Shown here: positions 17,356 through 26,168 of the stretch, piece after piece
Position numbering within the stretch: position 1 is the first letter of the stretch
Layout of the letters: every line of letters begins with the position of its first letter
NCBI GenBank assembly: GCA_041657425.1
Contig: JBBABY010000001.1
Span: 1 to 32,000, forward strand
Length of the DNA: 32,000 bases
Direction of reading: 5' to 3'
Origin: an archaeon
GTDB lineage: Archaea > Iainarchaeota > Iainarchaeia > Iainarchaeales > CSSED10-239
Notes under the pieces: generated by a model
Database searches by the model: none
Seen by the model: only the letters and a program-made list of their open reading frames with translations
What the model was told of the DNA's origin: nothing
Program-made: the position numbers and the translations under genes

Positions 17356-20300
17356 TAAATCCTGCTTATAGTATTTATTTGGGCCCCTGCTTTTTAGAAT
17401 AGCAGTTTGTAATTTATCAAAATCCACTTCGCCATTTAAAGAAAATAAATCCTGTATTCTGGAATGCCCCCGACTTATTTCTAAAATAGAATGTCCAAAA
17501 AGTTGACCCATAGATGAAACCATACAACCTTCTGGAGCCACATTTAAAAACAGATCAATCCCATCATCAATTTTCAAAATTGCTTCTCCGACATAAGGTG
17601 GCAATTCTCCACGAGGCTTAAGTGAAGGTAACAATGCTTTTGTGTGATTTAATACCTTTTTCATGTCGTCTGGCATATCTACTTGCCCCGCATCGTATAA
17701 TGGTTTTGCTAAAATATTTCTTAAAATTCTTATCACTAAACGCACACGAAAAAGAGAGTTATGCAATTTTTTAATTTCTAATTTGTTTTTAGATTGCGCA
17801 ATTTTGTCTTGAATATCTAATATATTAAATTCTAAAATAAGCTCCATATAACTCCATAAAGGAGAATAATTTACTTCAAAAGTTTGAAATCCAATTGAAT
17901 CCACAAGCGCATAAAAAATATCCTGAGCTTGAGCTGCACGCATATATGCTTCTCCTTCAATATGTATCCTGAATTTATCTTTTGCTTGATTCTTTTGCAA
18001 AGAAGTCCATTTTTTTGAAAAATTTTTTAAAACTGCCCTAATACCATTATTCCTATACAAACCATATCCGAAATATTTTGAAATTGCTCCCCCATAAATT
18101 GATTTTTGATTAATTTTAGTTATAGACTTTAAAGTAAATTCTGAAGGTTTTGTTTTTTCTTCTAAAATTTTATAAATTTCTTTTTTTAATTTTAAATAAT
18201 CTTGATAAAACTCTTGATATTGATCAAAATCAAAACAATTTGCGCCATATTTTAATAACATCGAATGCAATACTCCTTGTAAAATCAGCCCTTGGAAAGA
18301 CTGAATCAATGCCCATTCCTCCAGACCAACATTGTAGTTATCTCTCTCATGCCCAACTATGATTTTAATCTGTGGTTCAAGAGATTCTACATTTAATTTT
18401 TGACAAGAATTATTACAACTAAATTTCTGATACAAAAGAAGTTTATGCATTTCAAAATATTGTCCTTGACGACATGGTCCTGTACCTTTATTATCAAAAA
18501 CTAAAATCCGCGTTTTCCCTTCTACTAAAGGGTCATTATCTTTTTTTCTTTTTTTGAAATCTTCTACTGCTAAAATCATATCTGCAAAAACTCCTGCTAA
18601 CGGAGCACAAACACTGTCTCCTGCATATTTTCGCCCCAATTTTATTTTTTTTTCTAAATCATAAGAATCATCTGCATAATTATCAAAAACAACTAATCCG
18701 GACGCCCTAAATACAGAAATTACGCCTCTATTGTCATCTAGGGTTGGAAAATATATAACATCTGTATCTCGATTTAATCCTTTTGCATCAAATTCTTCTA
18801 AAATTTTAATTTCAAAATTATTTCCTCCAAGATCAGAATGCAATTTTTTATTTAATTGATTAATATAAGTGTTTACACGATTTTCTAAATGAGCTAACTC
18901 TTTTATCATTGCATCTGATTGAATAAGAAGACTAGGTCTTTTCTTAACAATTTCGGAAATGGTTGGCATTATAACAGTATCTGGTCCACAGCGAAATGTA
19001 GATACTTGAATAACAGAAAGTGATGAGTTAGTTAAACCAGTTTCTATTTTTTTAAGCACATTACTAAGATTTTCATTTTTAACTATTTGATATAATTTAT
19101 TATTTGCAATTGCATTAATCTTTGTAATTAAATCCTGCGGATTTCTCCAATAAATATAATTAAATTTATCATCAAGTTCTGTTTCTAAAACATAAGATGG
19201 TAAAGCAACGATCCCTTTGTCTTTTAATAATTTACCAACATGGCTATCATAAATGTCAGGATTTAAGATATATTCTCTACCACAAACTACAGAGATATTG
19301 CGGTTTTCTTCAATTGCTTTCTCTAGAATTTCTGTTGTAAGATCTGCAATTTCATTCTTTAATTGCTGATTTTTTTTCAAAGCTTTATTAATTACAGTTC
19401 TTAAATATTCTTTAGTGACAGTTATATTATAAAATTGAAATACTGTTTTTAGTTTATCATATAGCTGTTCAGAAAGATATTCTGCATCTAATTTTTTAAT
19501 ACTTAAATCAAATAGATAGAAATTACTTTTTGGATATTTTGATTTTGCAAAATTTTTAGCAATTGCCACACCACCTTGATTAGTTGTACAAGTTCTGCCT
19601 AAACTTTTACTGTCTGTTGGCAAAAAATCAATTTGGGGCACTAGAATTATACCGTGTTCTTCTTTTGCTAGTCTAATATATTGCCCAACTGCTCCAATTA
19701 AAGGTGCGCAAACATCTATAGAAAATAAAGGTTGAGCATTCAAGATATCTTGTTCAATAACATTATCAACATAAACTGGAATATCTAAATATTCAAAAAT
19801 TTGTGATAAAAAGAAAGCATGTTCTGATACCGCAAAACTTCTAGGAATAATTAATCTATTTTTATCTTTTGATTTTGGAAGTTTGCTGTCGATATATTCC
19901 CAAATCTTTTGATATGCATCTAATGTGTTTTTCTCAATAGTTTTTCCGGCAGCCAATTCATTAACTGACGTACAACCGCCTAAAAGTAAAGATGTCTCTT
20001 TATTCTTGTCTGTATAAGTAAGCATAGTTCTAGAACAACAAGCATTTTTATCTCCGCAAGCCACGCCTCTACATTGAATTATTCTTTTACTAAATTTAAG
20101 ATTAATCAAATCATCAAGAATACATTCAGTTTCAATAATTTCTTTATCTTTAATACTATTTATTAATCCTAAACATGCTCTGTGCCCTGGTAACGGTGGT
20201 ATTAAAGCATACATTTCCCCACCTTCTTGTAAGCGATGCGTAACTGCTAAAGGCAACGGATCAGACAACATAGTTTGCCCATGTAAAAGTACCAATGCAT

Positions 20301-22086
20301 TTTTAGGAAATTCAATTTGATTCCAAAGAGTTCTTGCCATATTTTCTACAATTGCATAATTACAAGATGCTAAAATTTCATCTTTCCCAAATCCTAATGA
20401 TTGCATTTTTTGAGCATTCTCCATTAGAAAAACCGCACAAGTGGCATTAATTTCGTAAGCCTTTTTTGCATTAAAGGCCTCTGTACATGCATCATTAATA
20501 TCCTCTATTCCAAATAACGATTTTAAAGTGTCCATAAGACTGCCTGTGCCTGCTGAACATTTAATATTCATTACATTGTCAAAAAGTTCTTCTTTAATAA
20601 GAGAAATTGTGGACACCTTAGTATCTTCTCCTCCAATATCTATAAGTACACAAAATTCGTGATTAATTTCAGGGAATCTCTCTTTTAAGTTTTGGATATG
20701 TTCTTTAGCATAATCAATCGAACCACGTGCATGGGCATAATTTTCTACTAAAACAAAAATTCTATTTTCAATATTTGGATAAACCTTTCGCAAAACATTT
20801 TGCACTTGATAACGACCACTTCCAGTAATGCCTATATTTTGGATATTAATTTTAGTTATTCCTTTCTTTTTAATCTCTCCAAAAATATGTTTAATTGTTT
20901 CAATTGTATCTCCGTGATTATTATAAGAACTTCTGAAAAGAAGTTTATTATTTCTGGCATCTGAAATTACCATTTTAGCCATGGTCGATCCAACATCTAA
21001 TCCTATATTTATAGGCATAGATTCAGAAACTGAACAAGAAATTAACTCGTCTTTAAAATTTATTCTTTTAAATAATCCAGCGGTTTCATATTTCTCTTTT
21101 AATTCTTTAAAACTTGGGTATTCTAAAAAAGATTCTTTTTTACTTAATATATCTTTATTTTGTTTCCTTAAATTATTGGGTCCAATTTCTTCAACCAAAT
21201 GCTGAACTCCATTAATAAATGTCTCTTGTTCTTGATCAAAAATAATTTCTTTAGTCCCTATACTTTCTAAATAGTCCTTTGCACAATCTTGCATAAATTG
21301 CCATAGAAAGACCCTTCCAGTTAAATAGACTGTATCTATCCCTTCTGGCATTTTTTTACAAGCTTTTAATACTTCTGATTTCATGGTTACAGCAAGAGCA
21401 TCTTGTAAAGGAATTCCTTGATTTTTATCAGAAATTGTAGCCGAAGAACTAAAAACTCCACACCTATCTGATCTAATAGATATTTTTAATCGCTTATTTT
21501 TTCCTTCTTCGCCAAGATATTCTGCTAAAATAGAATCTACTTTTTCAGGAGCTATATTTAGTTTTTCTAAAATACGACTTAGGTTTATGCCACTTCCAGC
21601 ACCGCAGTGTGGATTAGTAACTAATAAATCATCTTTTAAATTTCCGTTTTTGTCTACTGCAATAACGATGTATCCTGAAGCAGATAAATCAATAATTCCT
21701 AGAGTATTTATTTTTGCATTTTGTGTAATTCTAAATTTTGCTTCTTCCCAAACTGCTGCCGAAGGTAAAATAGTATATCCTTGTTTTAAATTTTTTTGAA
21801 TAATTCCTGCTAACTTCCCAGTAATATAAAGTTGATTACAAGTTTTTAAATCCTCTAATAAATTGTGTTTTTTAAGAACGGACTTTATTTCATCATTATT
21901 AGGAATTACAATATTTCTATTCTTAAAATCTTTTGTAATTCTAATATGAATATTTGCAATTCCTGCATCAATAATTATTTGGTTCATGCTTTCGTTCATT
22001 ATTTCCCAGAATGTTAGTTCTATATCTAACGTACTATTTGTGTTTGATTTATTATCTAATATAGGATTTACAAAAATTTTAATCAT
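17323..22086 (-). CDS. Giant fusion protein: tandem BcrAD/BadFG-type (ASKHA) 'CoA-substrate-specific enzyme activase' ATPase domains joined to a 2-hydroxyacyl-CoA dehydratase-like / DUF2229-like Cys-rich region.
   Basis: 1587 aa. Domain 2 (about aa 358-645) is canonical: IGLDVGSTMAK, LIDIGGEDTKV, NIKCSAGTGS and INATCAVFLMEN. Domain 1 (about aa 36-300) keeps both cluster cysteines (NPHCGAGSG, SDRCGVFSSS) but has degenerate phosphate motifs (IIIDAGIANI, IIDLSASGY). The C-terminal ~900 aa carry CRGVACGDKNACC, GGCTSV, DVCAPLIG, STFRCGPD, DSVCAPLAG and GTGPCRQGQY, as in HgdAB/DUF2229-type proteins. Confidence 0.8.
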   Translation of the reverse strand: MIKIFVNPILDNKSNTNSTLDIELTFWEIMNESMNQIIIDAGIANIHIRITKDFKNRNIVIPNNDEIKSVLKKHNLLEDLKTCNQLYITGKLAGIIQKNLKQGYTILPSAAVWEEAKFRITQNAKINTLGIIDLSASGYIVIAVDKNGNLKDDLLVTNPHCGAGSGINLSRILEKLNIAPEKVDSILAEYLGEEGKNKRLKISIRSDRCGVFSSSATISDKNQGIPLQDALAVTMKSEVLKACKKMPEGIDTVYLTGRVFLWQFMQDCAKDYLESIGTKEIIFDQEQETFINGVQHLVEEIGPNNLRKQNKDILSKKESFLEYPSFKELKEKYETAGLFKRINFKDELISCSVSESMPINIGLDVGSTMAKMVISDARNNKLLFRSSYNNHGDTIETIKHIFGEIKKKGITKINIQNIGITGSGRYQVQNVLRKVYPNIENRIFVLVENYAHARGSIDYAKEHIQNLKERFPEINHEFCVLIDIGGEDTKVSTISLIKEELFDNVMNIKCSAGTGSLMDTLKSLFGIEDINDACTEAFNAKKAYEINATCAVFLMENAQKMQSLGFGKDEILASCNYAIVENMARTLWNQIEFPKNALVLLHGQTMLSDPLPLAVTHRLQEGGEMYALIPPLPGHRACLGLINSIKDKEIIETECILDDLINLKFSKRIIQCRGVACGDKNACCSRTMLTYTDKNKETSLLLGGCTSVNELAAGKTIEKNTLDAYQKIWEYIDSKLPKSKDKNRLIIPRSFAVSEHAFFLSQIFEYLDIPVYVDNVIEQDILNAQPLFSIDVCAPLIGAVGQYIRLAKEEHGIILVPQIDFLPTDSKSLGRTCTTNQGGVAIAKNFAKSKYPKSNFYLFDLSIKKLDAEYLSEQLYDKLKTVFQFYNITVTKEYLRTVINKALKKNQQLKNEIADLTTEILEKAIEENRNISVVCGREYILNPDIYDSHVGKLLKDKGIVALPSYVLETELDDKFNYIYWRNPQDLITKINAIANNKLYQIVKNENLSNVLKKIETGLTNSSLSVIQVSTFRCGPDTVIMPTISEIVKKRPSLLIQSDAMIKELAHLENRVNTYINQLNKKLHSDLGGNNFEIKILEEFDAKGLNRDTDVIYFPTLDDNRGVISVFRASGLVVFDNYADDSYDLEKKIKLGRKYAGDSVCAPLAGVFADMILAVEDFKKRKKDNDPLVEGKTRILVFDNKGTGPCRQGQYFEMHKLLLYQKFSCNNSCQKLNVESLEPQIKIIVGHERDNYNVGLEEWALIQSFQGLILQGVLHSMLLKYGANCFDFDQYQEFYQDYLKLKKEIYKILEEKTKPSEFTLKSITKINQKSIYGGAISKYFGYGLYRNNGIRAVLKNFSKKWTSLQKNQAKDKFRIHIEGEAYMRAAQAQDIFYALVDSIGFQTFEVNYSPLWSYMELILEFNILDIQDKIAQSKNKLEIKKLHNSLFRVRLVIRILRNILAKPLYDAGQVDMPDDMKKVLNHTKALLPSLKPRGELPPYVGEAILKIDDGIDLFLNVAPEGCMVSSMGQLFGHSILEISRGHSRIQDLFSLNGEVDFDKLQTAILKSRGPNKYYKQDLTSLKTPLTIL

Positions 22087-22232
22087 AATTTTGTAGAATT
22101 GGATTTATAGACTCCTTTAATTATAACCAAATATCTCTTACGACATATATATTCTAATCCTTATATTAAATATATTACTACCGATAAGTTTTAATAACTT
22201 TTACAAAAAAATTGAGATGGTCTTGGAGAAGT
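22087..22232. repeat. Copy B of the duplicated module, upstream of the giant gene. It includes a frame-broken relic of the giant gene's 3' end.
   Basis: The core is at 22166-22208. On the minus strand, 22232-22201 reads acttctccaagaccatctcaatttttttgtaa. The real 3' end reads acttctctaaaaaccccattaactattttgtaa (TSLKTPLTIL*). Confidence 0.75.
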
Positions 22233-22326
22233 GAAAATAAAGTATTTATTTCAGTTAAAATTGAAATTCACAATAAAGATTTCTACAGCGCCTAATGATA
22301 ATTGAAATAAATTTTAAATACTCTTT

Positions 22327-22366
22327 AAAAAAAAATTCGAATTTAATTAAAAAAAGAAAAGAAAAA
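22327..22366 (-). terminator. Candidate archaeal oligo-T terminator after the 86-aa gene.
   Basis: Directly after the TAG stop (22369-22367), the minus strand reads T5-C-T4-C-T7...T9. The T9 run corresponds to the plus-strand A-run at 22327-22335. Confidence 0.4.
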
Positions 22367-22627
22367 CTAAGGTAAAAAACAATCCTGTGGACAAGTAAGT
22401 ACATTCTCGCCACTATCTGGTTGACAAATCCCATTTCCACAAGAATTTTCATGTATGTTTGGCTTTGAAAATACAGATATTGGCTTAATACTTAAAATAG
22501 ACTTGCCTGTTATTGGTGTTGTTTGTATATCTTCTTTAGCAAGATAATTCTCTAGATACATTGCTGCAACTAGTAACCCTATAATTACTAGTGCAAAGAG
22601 ATACTTATAGTTACCATTCTCTTTCAT
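22367..22627 (-). CDS. Small secreted or membrane-anchored Cys-rich protein.
   Basis: 86 aa. A strong SD (GGAGGAG) lies about 8 nt before the ATG. There is an N-terminal hydrophobic helix (YLFALVIIGLLVAAMYL) and a C-terminal CGNGICQPDSGENVLTCPQDC motif. Confidence 0.6.
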   Translation of the reverse strand: MKENGNYKYLFALVIIGLLVAAMYLENYLAKEDIQTTPITGKSILSIKPISVFSKPNIHENSCGNGICQPDSGENVLTCPQDCFLP

Positions 22628-22860
22628 TTCTAATCTCCTCCGCTGTGTGGTTGTTTCTGTTTCTTTATTTTTAGAAAATGATTTTTTATTTTGTATTTAC
22701 TTGTTGGTTATCACTAAGTAGATTATATACCTGTACAATTGCTCTGTATGGTCGAAATACAAATAAAAAACATTAACTTTAAACAAAGAAACGTTTTTCT
22801 TCTAATTAAGAAATATATAGAAGTCTAAAATCATTATATGTTTGTTGTATTTGAATATCA

Positions 22861-22915
22861 AAAGAAAAAGGAAAATGAGAAAGAAAACAAAACCATTGAT
22901 TCTCTAATAAAAATT
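22861..22915 (-). terminator. T-rich tract downstream of herA, a possible termination zone.
   Basis: The minus strand shows successive T3-T5 runs 30-85 nt after the herA stop. It lies in a 319-bp non-coding gap. The signal is weak in AT-rich DNA. Confidence 0.25.
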
Positions 22916-22946
22916 AATTTAATTTAATAACTTACAAATAGTAATA

Positions 22947-24488
22947 TTAAATTAAATCATCAAGTTCTTTATTTACTGCTTCTTTCTTTTGTTCAAAGGA
23001 CTTTGCAAGGCCTGACAAAGAAACATCAAGATGAGACTCTTGTGATTTTCTTTTTCTAACTTTAAAGAATACTGGATAACTACTTGCTTCTCCAACAATT
23101 AGTGCTTCACCTACACGAAGAGAGGTTATCATATTAATGGAGTTTTGGTCAAGACCTTCACTTGATTCTCCTATGTGCTTTAAATCATAAGGGTTTGTTA
23201 TTCTTAAAATTATGTGGGTATTTGCTTGAGAAAGAATTGTTGTTGAAAGTTTAACTGGCCTTTGAGAAATTAACCAAACACTTGCACCAAACTTTCTTCC
23301 TTCTCTTGCTATTGTTTCAAGTATTGTTTTTGCTAAAGCATTCTCTCTACTAGCCATTTCTGGAGCATACTGATGGGCTTCTTCTACAATTAAAGTGAAA
23401 GGAGGAACACTGTTGTGTTCCATTCTTGCTCTAAAAAGTTTATTTGCAAAATAATAAAGAATAATTTGTTTCTTCTTCTTGTCTATTTCTCTTGACAGAT
23501 CAATGATTGTTAATTTGCCTGGATTAACGATGTCATTAATAGAAGGATAATCAATCTTATCAAATAGTCTATAGTGTTCAAGATCTAAAAGTCTATCCTT
23601 TAGGTTCTTAATTGATTTATCCTCATCTCCTGAGTTTTCTATTTCTTTAACAATTGTCTGAAGAGAATAAGGGCCCGCACCATGCTTTTTATCCTCGTTT
23701 AATTTACTTACAATCTTTGCAAGCTTTATCTTTTGTGGAGAAGTTAGTTCAGGAATAAGTGTGGAATAGAAACCAGCAGAAAGTCCAGTACAACCAATCT
23801 TAACATCTTTTGAGTCTATTAAAGTAACTTTAGAAGAATAATCAACCTTGTCCTTATCTGTTGGAACACTTGCAAAAGAAGAATATTCTCCATGTGTATC
23901 AAAAAGAACTGCTGCAATTCTCCCTTGTTCTTTTGTTCTATCTAGTAACTCCTCAATAATTACTGAAGTTAAATAACTTTTTCCGGCTCCTGACTGAGCA
24001 AGAATTGCTAAGTGTTTTTGAAGTAATCTGTCAATGTTTAATGTAACGTCAAGAGTCGGATGTTCAATCTCTCCAAGGAAAAGACCTTGTTTATCAAAGT
24101 GAAGAAACTTGGAAAGGATTACTGGATCAGCCAAAAAAACTTTCTGACCAGGAGAAACTGGCAAATTTGTTCTTGCAAAACCCTTATCAACTGAGAAAAC
24201 TCCAAGAGGCTTAACAACCGCTTCTAGAAACTCCCACTCGTCACTTGGAAACAATTTCTTTATATCAATATTATTATTTTCAAAATCCTTAACTGAATCA
24301 GAATTTTCAAAGTATCTATTTCTTTTGATAACATCTGTAACTATTCCAATAAAAGAACCTTGAGAATAATCAATCTGAATATACTCTCCTTTGTAAACAT
24401 CATTTTTTGTACAAACAAAAGATAACTTTGTTGTTGATGGCCCATCCATTGTGGAAATTACAATTCCTTTTTCTTCTTTTGTTGTCAT
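22947..24488 (-). CDS. herA: HerA DNA double-strand-break repair helicase (FtsK/HerA superfamily ATPase).
   Basis: HLAILAQSGAGKS (Walker A), FTLIVEEAHQY (Walker B), IAREGRKFGASVWLISQRP, ILSQANTHIILRITNP and VGEALIVGE closely follow canonical archaeal HerA. 513 aa. Confidence 0.88.
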   Translation of the reverse strand: MTTKEEKGIVISTMDGPSTTKLSFVCTKNDVYKGEYIQIDYSQGSFIGIVTDVIKRNRYFENSDSVKDFENNNIDIKKLFPSDEWEFLEAVVKPLGVFSVDKGFARTNLPVSPGQKVFLADPVILSKFLHFDKQGLFLGEIEHPTLDVTLNIDRLLQKHLAILAQSGAGKSYLTSVIIEELLDRTKEQGRIAAVLFDTHGEYSSFASVPTDKDKVDYSSKVTLIDSKDVKIGCTGLSAGFYSTLIPELTSPQKIKLAKIVSKLNEDKKHGAGPYSLQTIVKEIENSGDEDKSIKNLKDRLLDLEHYRLFDKIDYPSINDIVNPGKLTIIDLSREIDKKKKQIILYYFANKLFRARMEHNSVPPFTLIVEEAHQYAPEMASRENALAKTILETIAREGRKFGASVWLISQRPVKLSTTILSQANTHIILRITNPYDLKHIGESSEGLDQNSINMITSLRVGEALIVGEASSYPVFFKVRKRKSQESHLDVSLSGLAKSFEQKKEAVNKELDDLI

Positions 24489-24492
24489 GGTA

Positions 24493-25284
24493 TCACTTAA
24501 TTATTTTTTTTTCTTTTGCTTGTTTAATTAATTCACTTTTTAATTTTTTTTCTTTTAGTAAAGGTATTAATAATTCTATAGTGTCACCTGATTCTTTAGA
24601 ACCGCCCGTTACCCAACCTACACTATTTAAAATTAATGTTGCTTTCTTATCAAAAGGCAAGTTTAATTCTTTACCAACCCGCCCTAAAAAATCTAAATCT
24701 ATTGGCAATAATCCATTTTTTATTGCTACCAATAAATCTGGCGCATAATAATATCCTTTTTCAATAAGTTTTGAAAATATCCAACAATATTCTTTTTTAT
24801 TACTGTTTTTAATAAAATTTTTATAACTATTAATGTCAAATGAACCATTTATTGATACTTTTTGATAGTTATTAGAATAAAATAACTGAGAAACCATTAC
24901 CCATTCCGATTCTCCGAAAATATTTGTTTTTATCATTGCTGCTTTTGGAAATAGTTTTGCTTTACCAAGTTGCCTTTTTGGAAATGCTTTATCATATTCC
25001 ATATTTATTGTTCTTAAATCATCAATAACATCTTGATATCTTTTTGCAGCATCATCACTTAATTTTTGATGGAACTTTTTTATAGCAATCCTCTGTTTAG
25101 ATCCATTTTTAAAAACAACTTTGCCGGAATAAACTATCCCATAGTCCCCACAACCAATTTGAGGTACTTTAATTTTTTTAAGTTCTAAACTCTTAATTTC
25201 ATCACTATGAAATATGCCTTTTTCAGAAGACACAATTGGTTGCTTTACTGGAACAAATCTTTTATTTGATTTTCTCTCAAGCAT
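24493..25284 (-). CDS. Divergent minimal protein-kinase-like protein, paralog 2.
   Basis: A Gly-loop followed by a beta3 Lys: IGCGDYGIVYSGKVVFKNGSKQRIAIKKF. Hinge-like EWVMVSQLF, APDLLVAIKNG, and LLPIDLDFLG (a DFG-equivalent, as in RIO/Bud32/WaaP-type kinases). It is a paralog of the upstream gene. Confidence 0.5.
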   Translation of the reverse strand: MLERKSNKRFVPVKQPIVSSEKGIFHSDEIKSLELKKIKVPQIGCGDYGIVYSGKVVFKNGSKQRIAIKKFHQKLSDDAAKRYQDVIDDLRTINMEYDKAFPKRQLGKAKLFPKAAMIKTNIFGESEWVMVSQLFYSNNYQKVSINGSFDINSYKNFIKNSNKKEYCWIFSKLIEKGYYYAPDLLVAIKNGLLPIDLDFLGRVGKELNLPFDKKATLILNSVGWVTGGSKESGDTIELLIPLLKEKKLKSELIKQAKEKKIIK

Positions 25285-25296
25285 ATTTCTCTTCTT

Positions 25297-26160
25297 TTAT
25301 TTTATCAAATATTTTTTTCTATGTTGGATCAATAAATCCTTTAATTTCAAATCCATTTTGTGTTTCAGTAATTCTAAAACTAACTTTATATATTGTGCAT
25401 TTCTTTTATCTTTATCTTTTTTATAAACATAATCTACGTGAAGTGCTAGTGCATTAAGAATATCATTTGCTCTTGTATCTCTATCTCTTTTTTTAAAATC
25501 AATTGTTCTTGCGAAATCTAAATCCATAGGTAGTAAACTACCATCTTTATGTTGAGTAAATAAATCTGAAAGAAAATTTAGTGATGTTTCTGTAATAAAT
25601 CCTGCATCCCCTAATTTAAGAATAGTCCAAGTATATTCAGAACTATTAAATTTATCTATTGTAACATCATTATTTTCTTTAAACTTTGATTTTCCATCTT
25701 TTACAAAAGCCTGAGATACAATCACCCACTCTGGATCTCTCTCTCCTTCTTGAATCTTTACCATTGCGGTCTTTGGTATCATTTTTGCTTTACCAATTTG
25801 GCGATTTGGAAAAACTGAGTCGTGCTCTAATTCTATTTTTCTTAATCTATCTATAAAATACTGATATTTCATTGCATCTGAATCAGTTATTATTAATTTC
25901 TTATCATACGGGATAAATTTTTTTATTGCAACTCTTTGTTTTGATCCATTTTTAAAAATAACATCTCCAAGCAATATTTCTCCAAAATAACCTCCACCAA
26001 GTTTTATTGGTTGCCCTGAATTATCTTTTCTTATTTTTAATTCACTTATAAAAGAACTAGGGAAATGAGAGGCATCAAATTTCTCATTTGTAACTCTATG
26101 TCTAATTAGTTTTATTTCTGGATTAATCGGAGGCCTTCGAATATTTGCGTGTCTATGCAT
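25297..26160 (-). CDS. Divergent minimal protein-kinase-like protein, paralog 1.
   Basis: LGGGYFGEILLGDVIFKNGSKQRVAIKKF, EWVIVSQAF, LSDLFTQHKDG and LLPMDLDFA. I place the start at ATG 26160, with an AGGTGA SD about 9 nt upstream. The track's GTG at 26172 overlaps the PAC2 stop. Confidence 0.5.
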   Translation of the reverse strand: MHRHANIRRPPINPEIKLIRHRVTNEKFDASHFPSSFISELKIRKDNSGQPIKLGGGYFGEILLGDVIFKNGSKQRVAIKKFIPYDKKLIITDSDAMKYQYFIDRLRKIELEHDSVFPNRQIGKAKMIPKTAMVKIQEGERDPEWVIVSQAFVKDGKSKFKENNDVTIDKFNSSEYTWTILKLGDAGFITETSLNFLSDLFTQHKDGSLLPMDLDFARTIDFKKRDRDTRANDILNALALHVDYVYKKDKDKRNAQYIKLVLELLKHKMDLKLKDLLIQHRKKYLIK

Positions 26161-26168
26161 TAAAAGTA

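Noticed and set aside
17205-22232. Calling the repeat-flanked giant gene a mobile element.
   Set aside because: There is no integrase, transposase, terminal inverted repeats or tRNA target in or next to the segment. By eye its composition is not distinct from the flanks. I report it only as a duplication or insertion scar, not as a mobile element.
22255-22452. Track ORF of 65 aa overlapping the 86-aa gene and its terminator region.
   Set aside because: It overlaps the better-supported SD-preceded ORF out of frame and runs through the oligo-A/T tracts. Its translation is Phe/Ile/Leu low-complexity sequence.
22628-22946. The 319-bp non-coding gap upstream of the 86-aa gene, checked for ncRNA, tRNA, C/D-box motifs and small ORFs. 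One example is a 32-codon plus-strand ORF starting near 22678.
   Set aside because: It contains no GC-rich stems, no tRNA-like structure and no C/D box pair outside coding sequence. The only ORFs are 10-32 codons long and lack an SD. It is probably promoter and terminator space, but I cannot exclude a small RNA without folding or covariance analysis.
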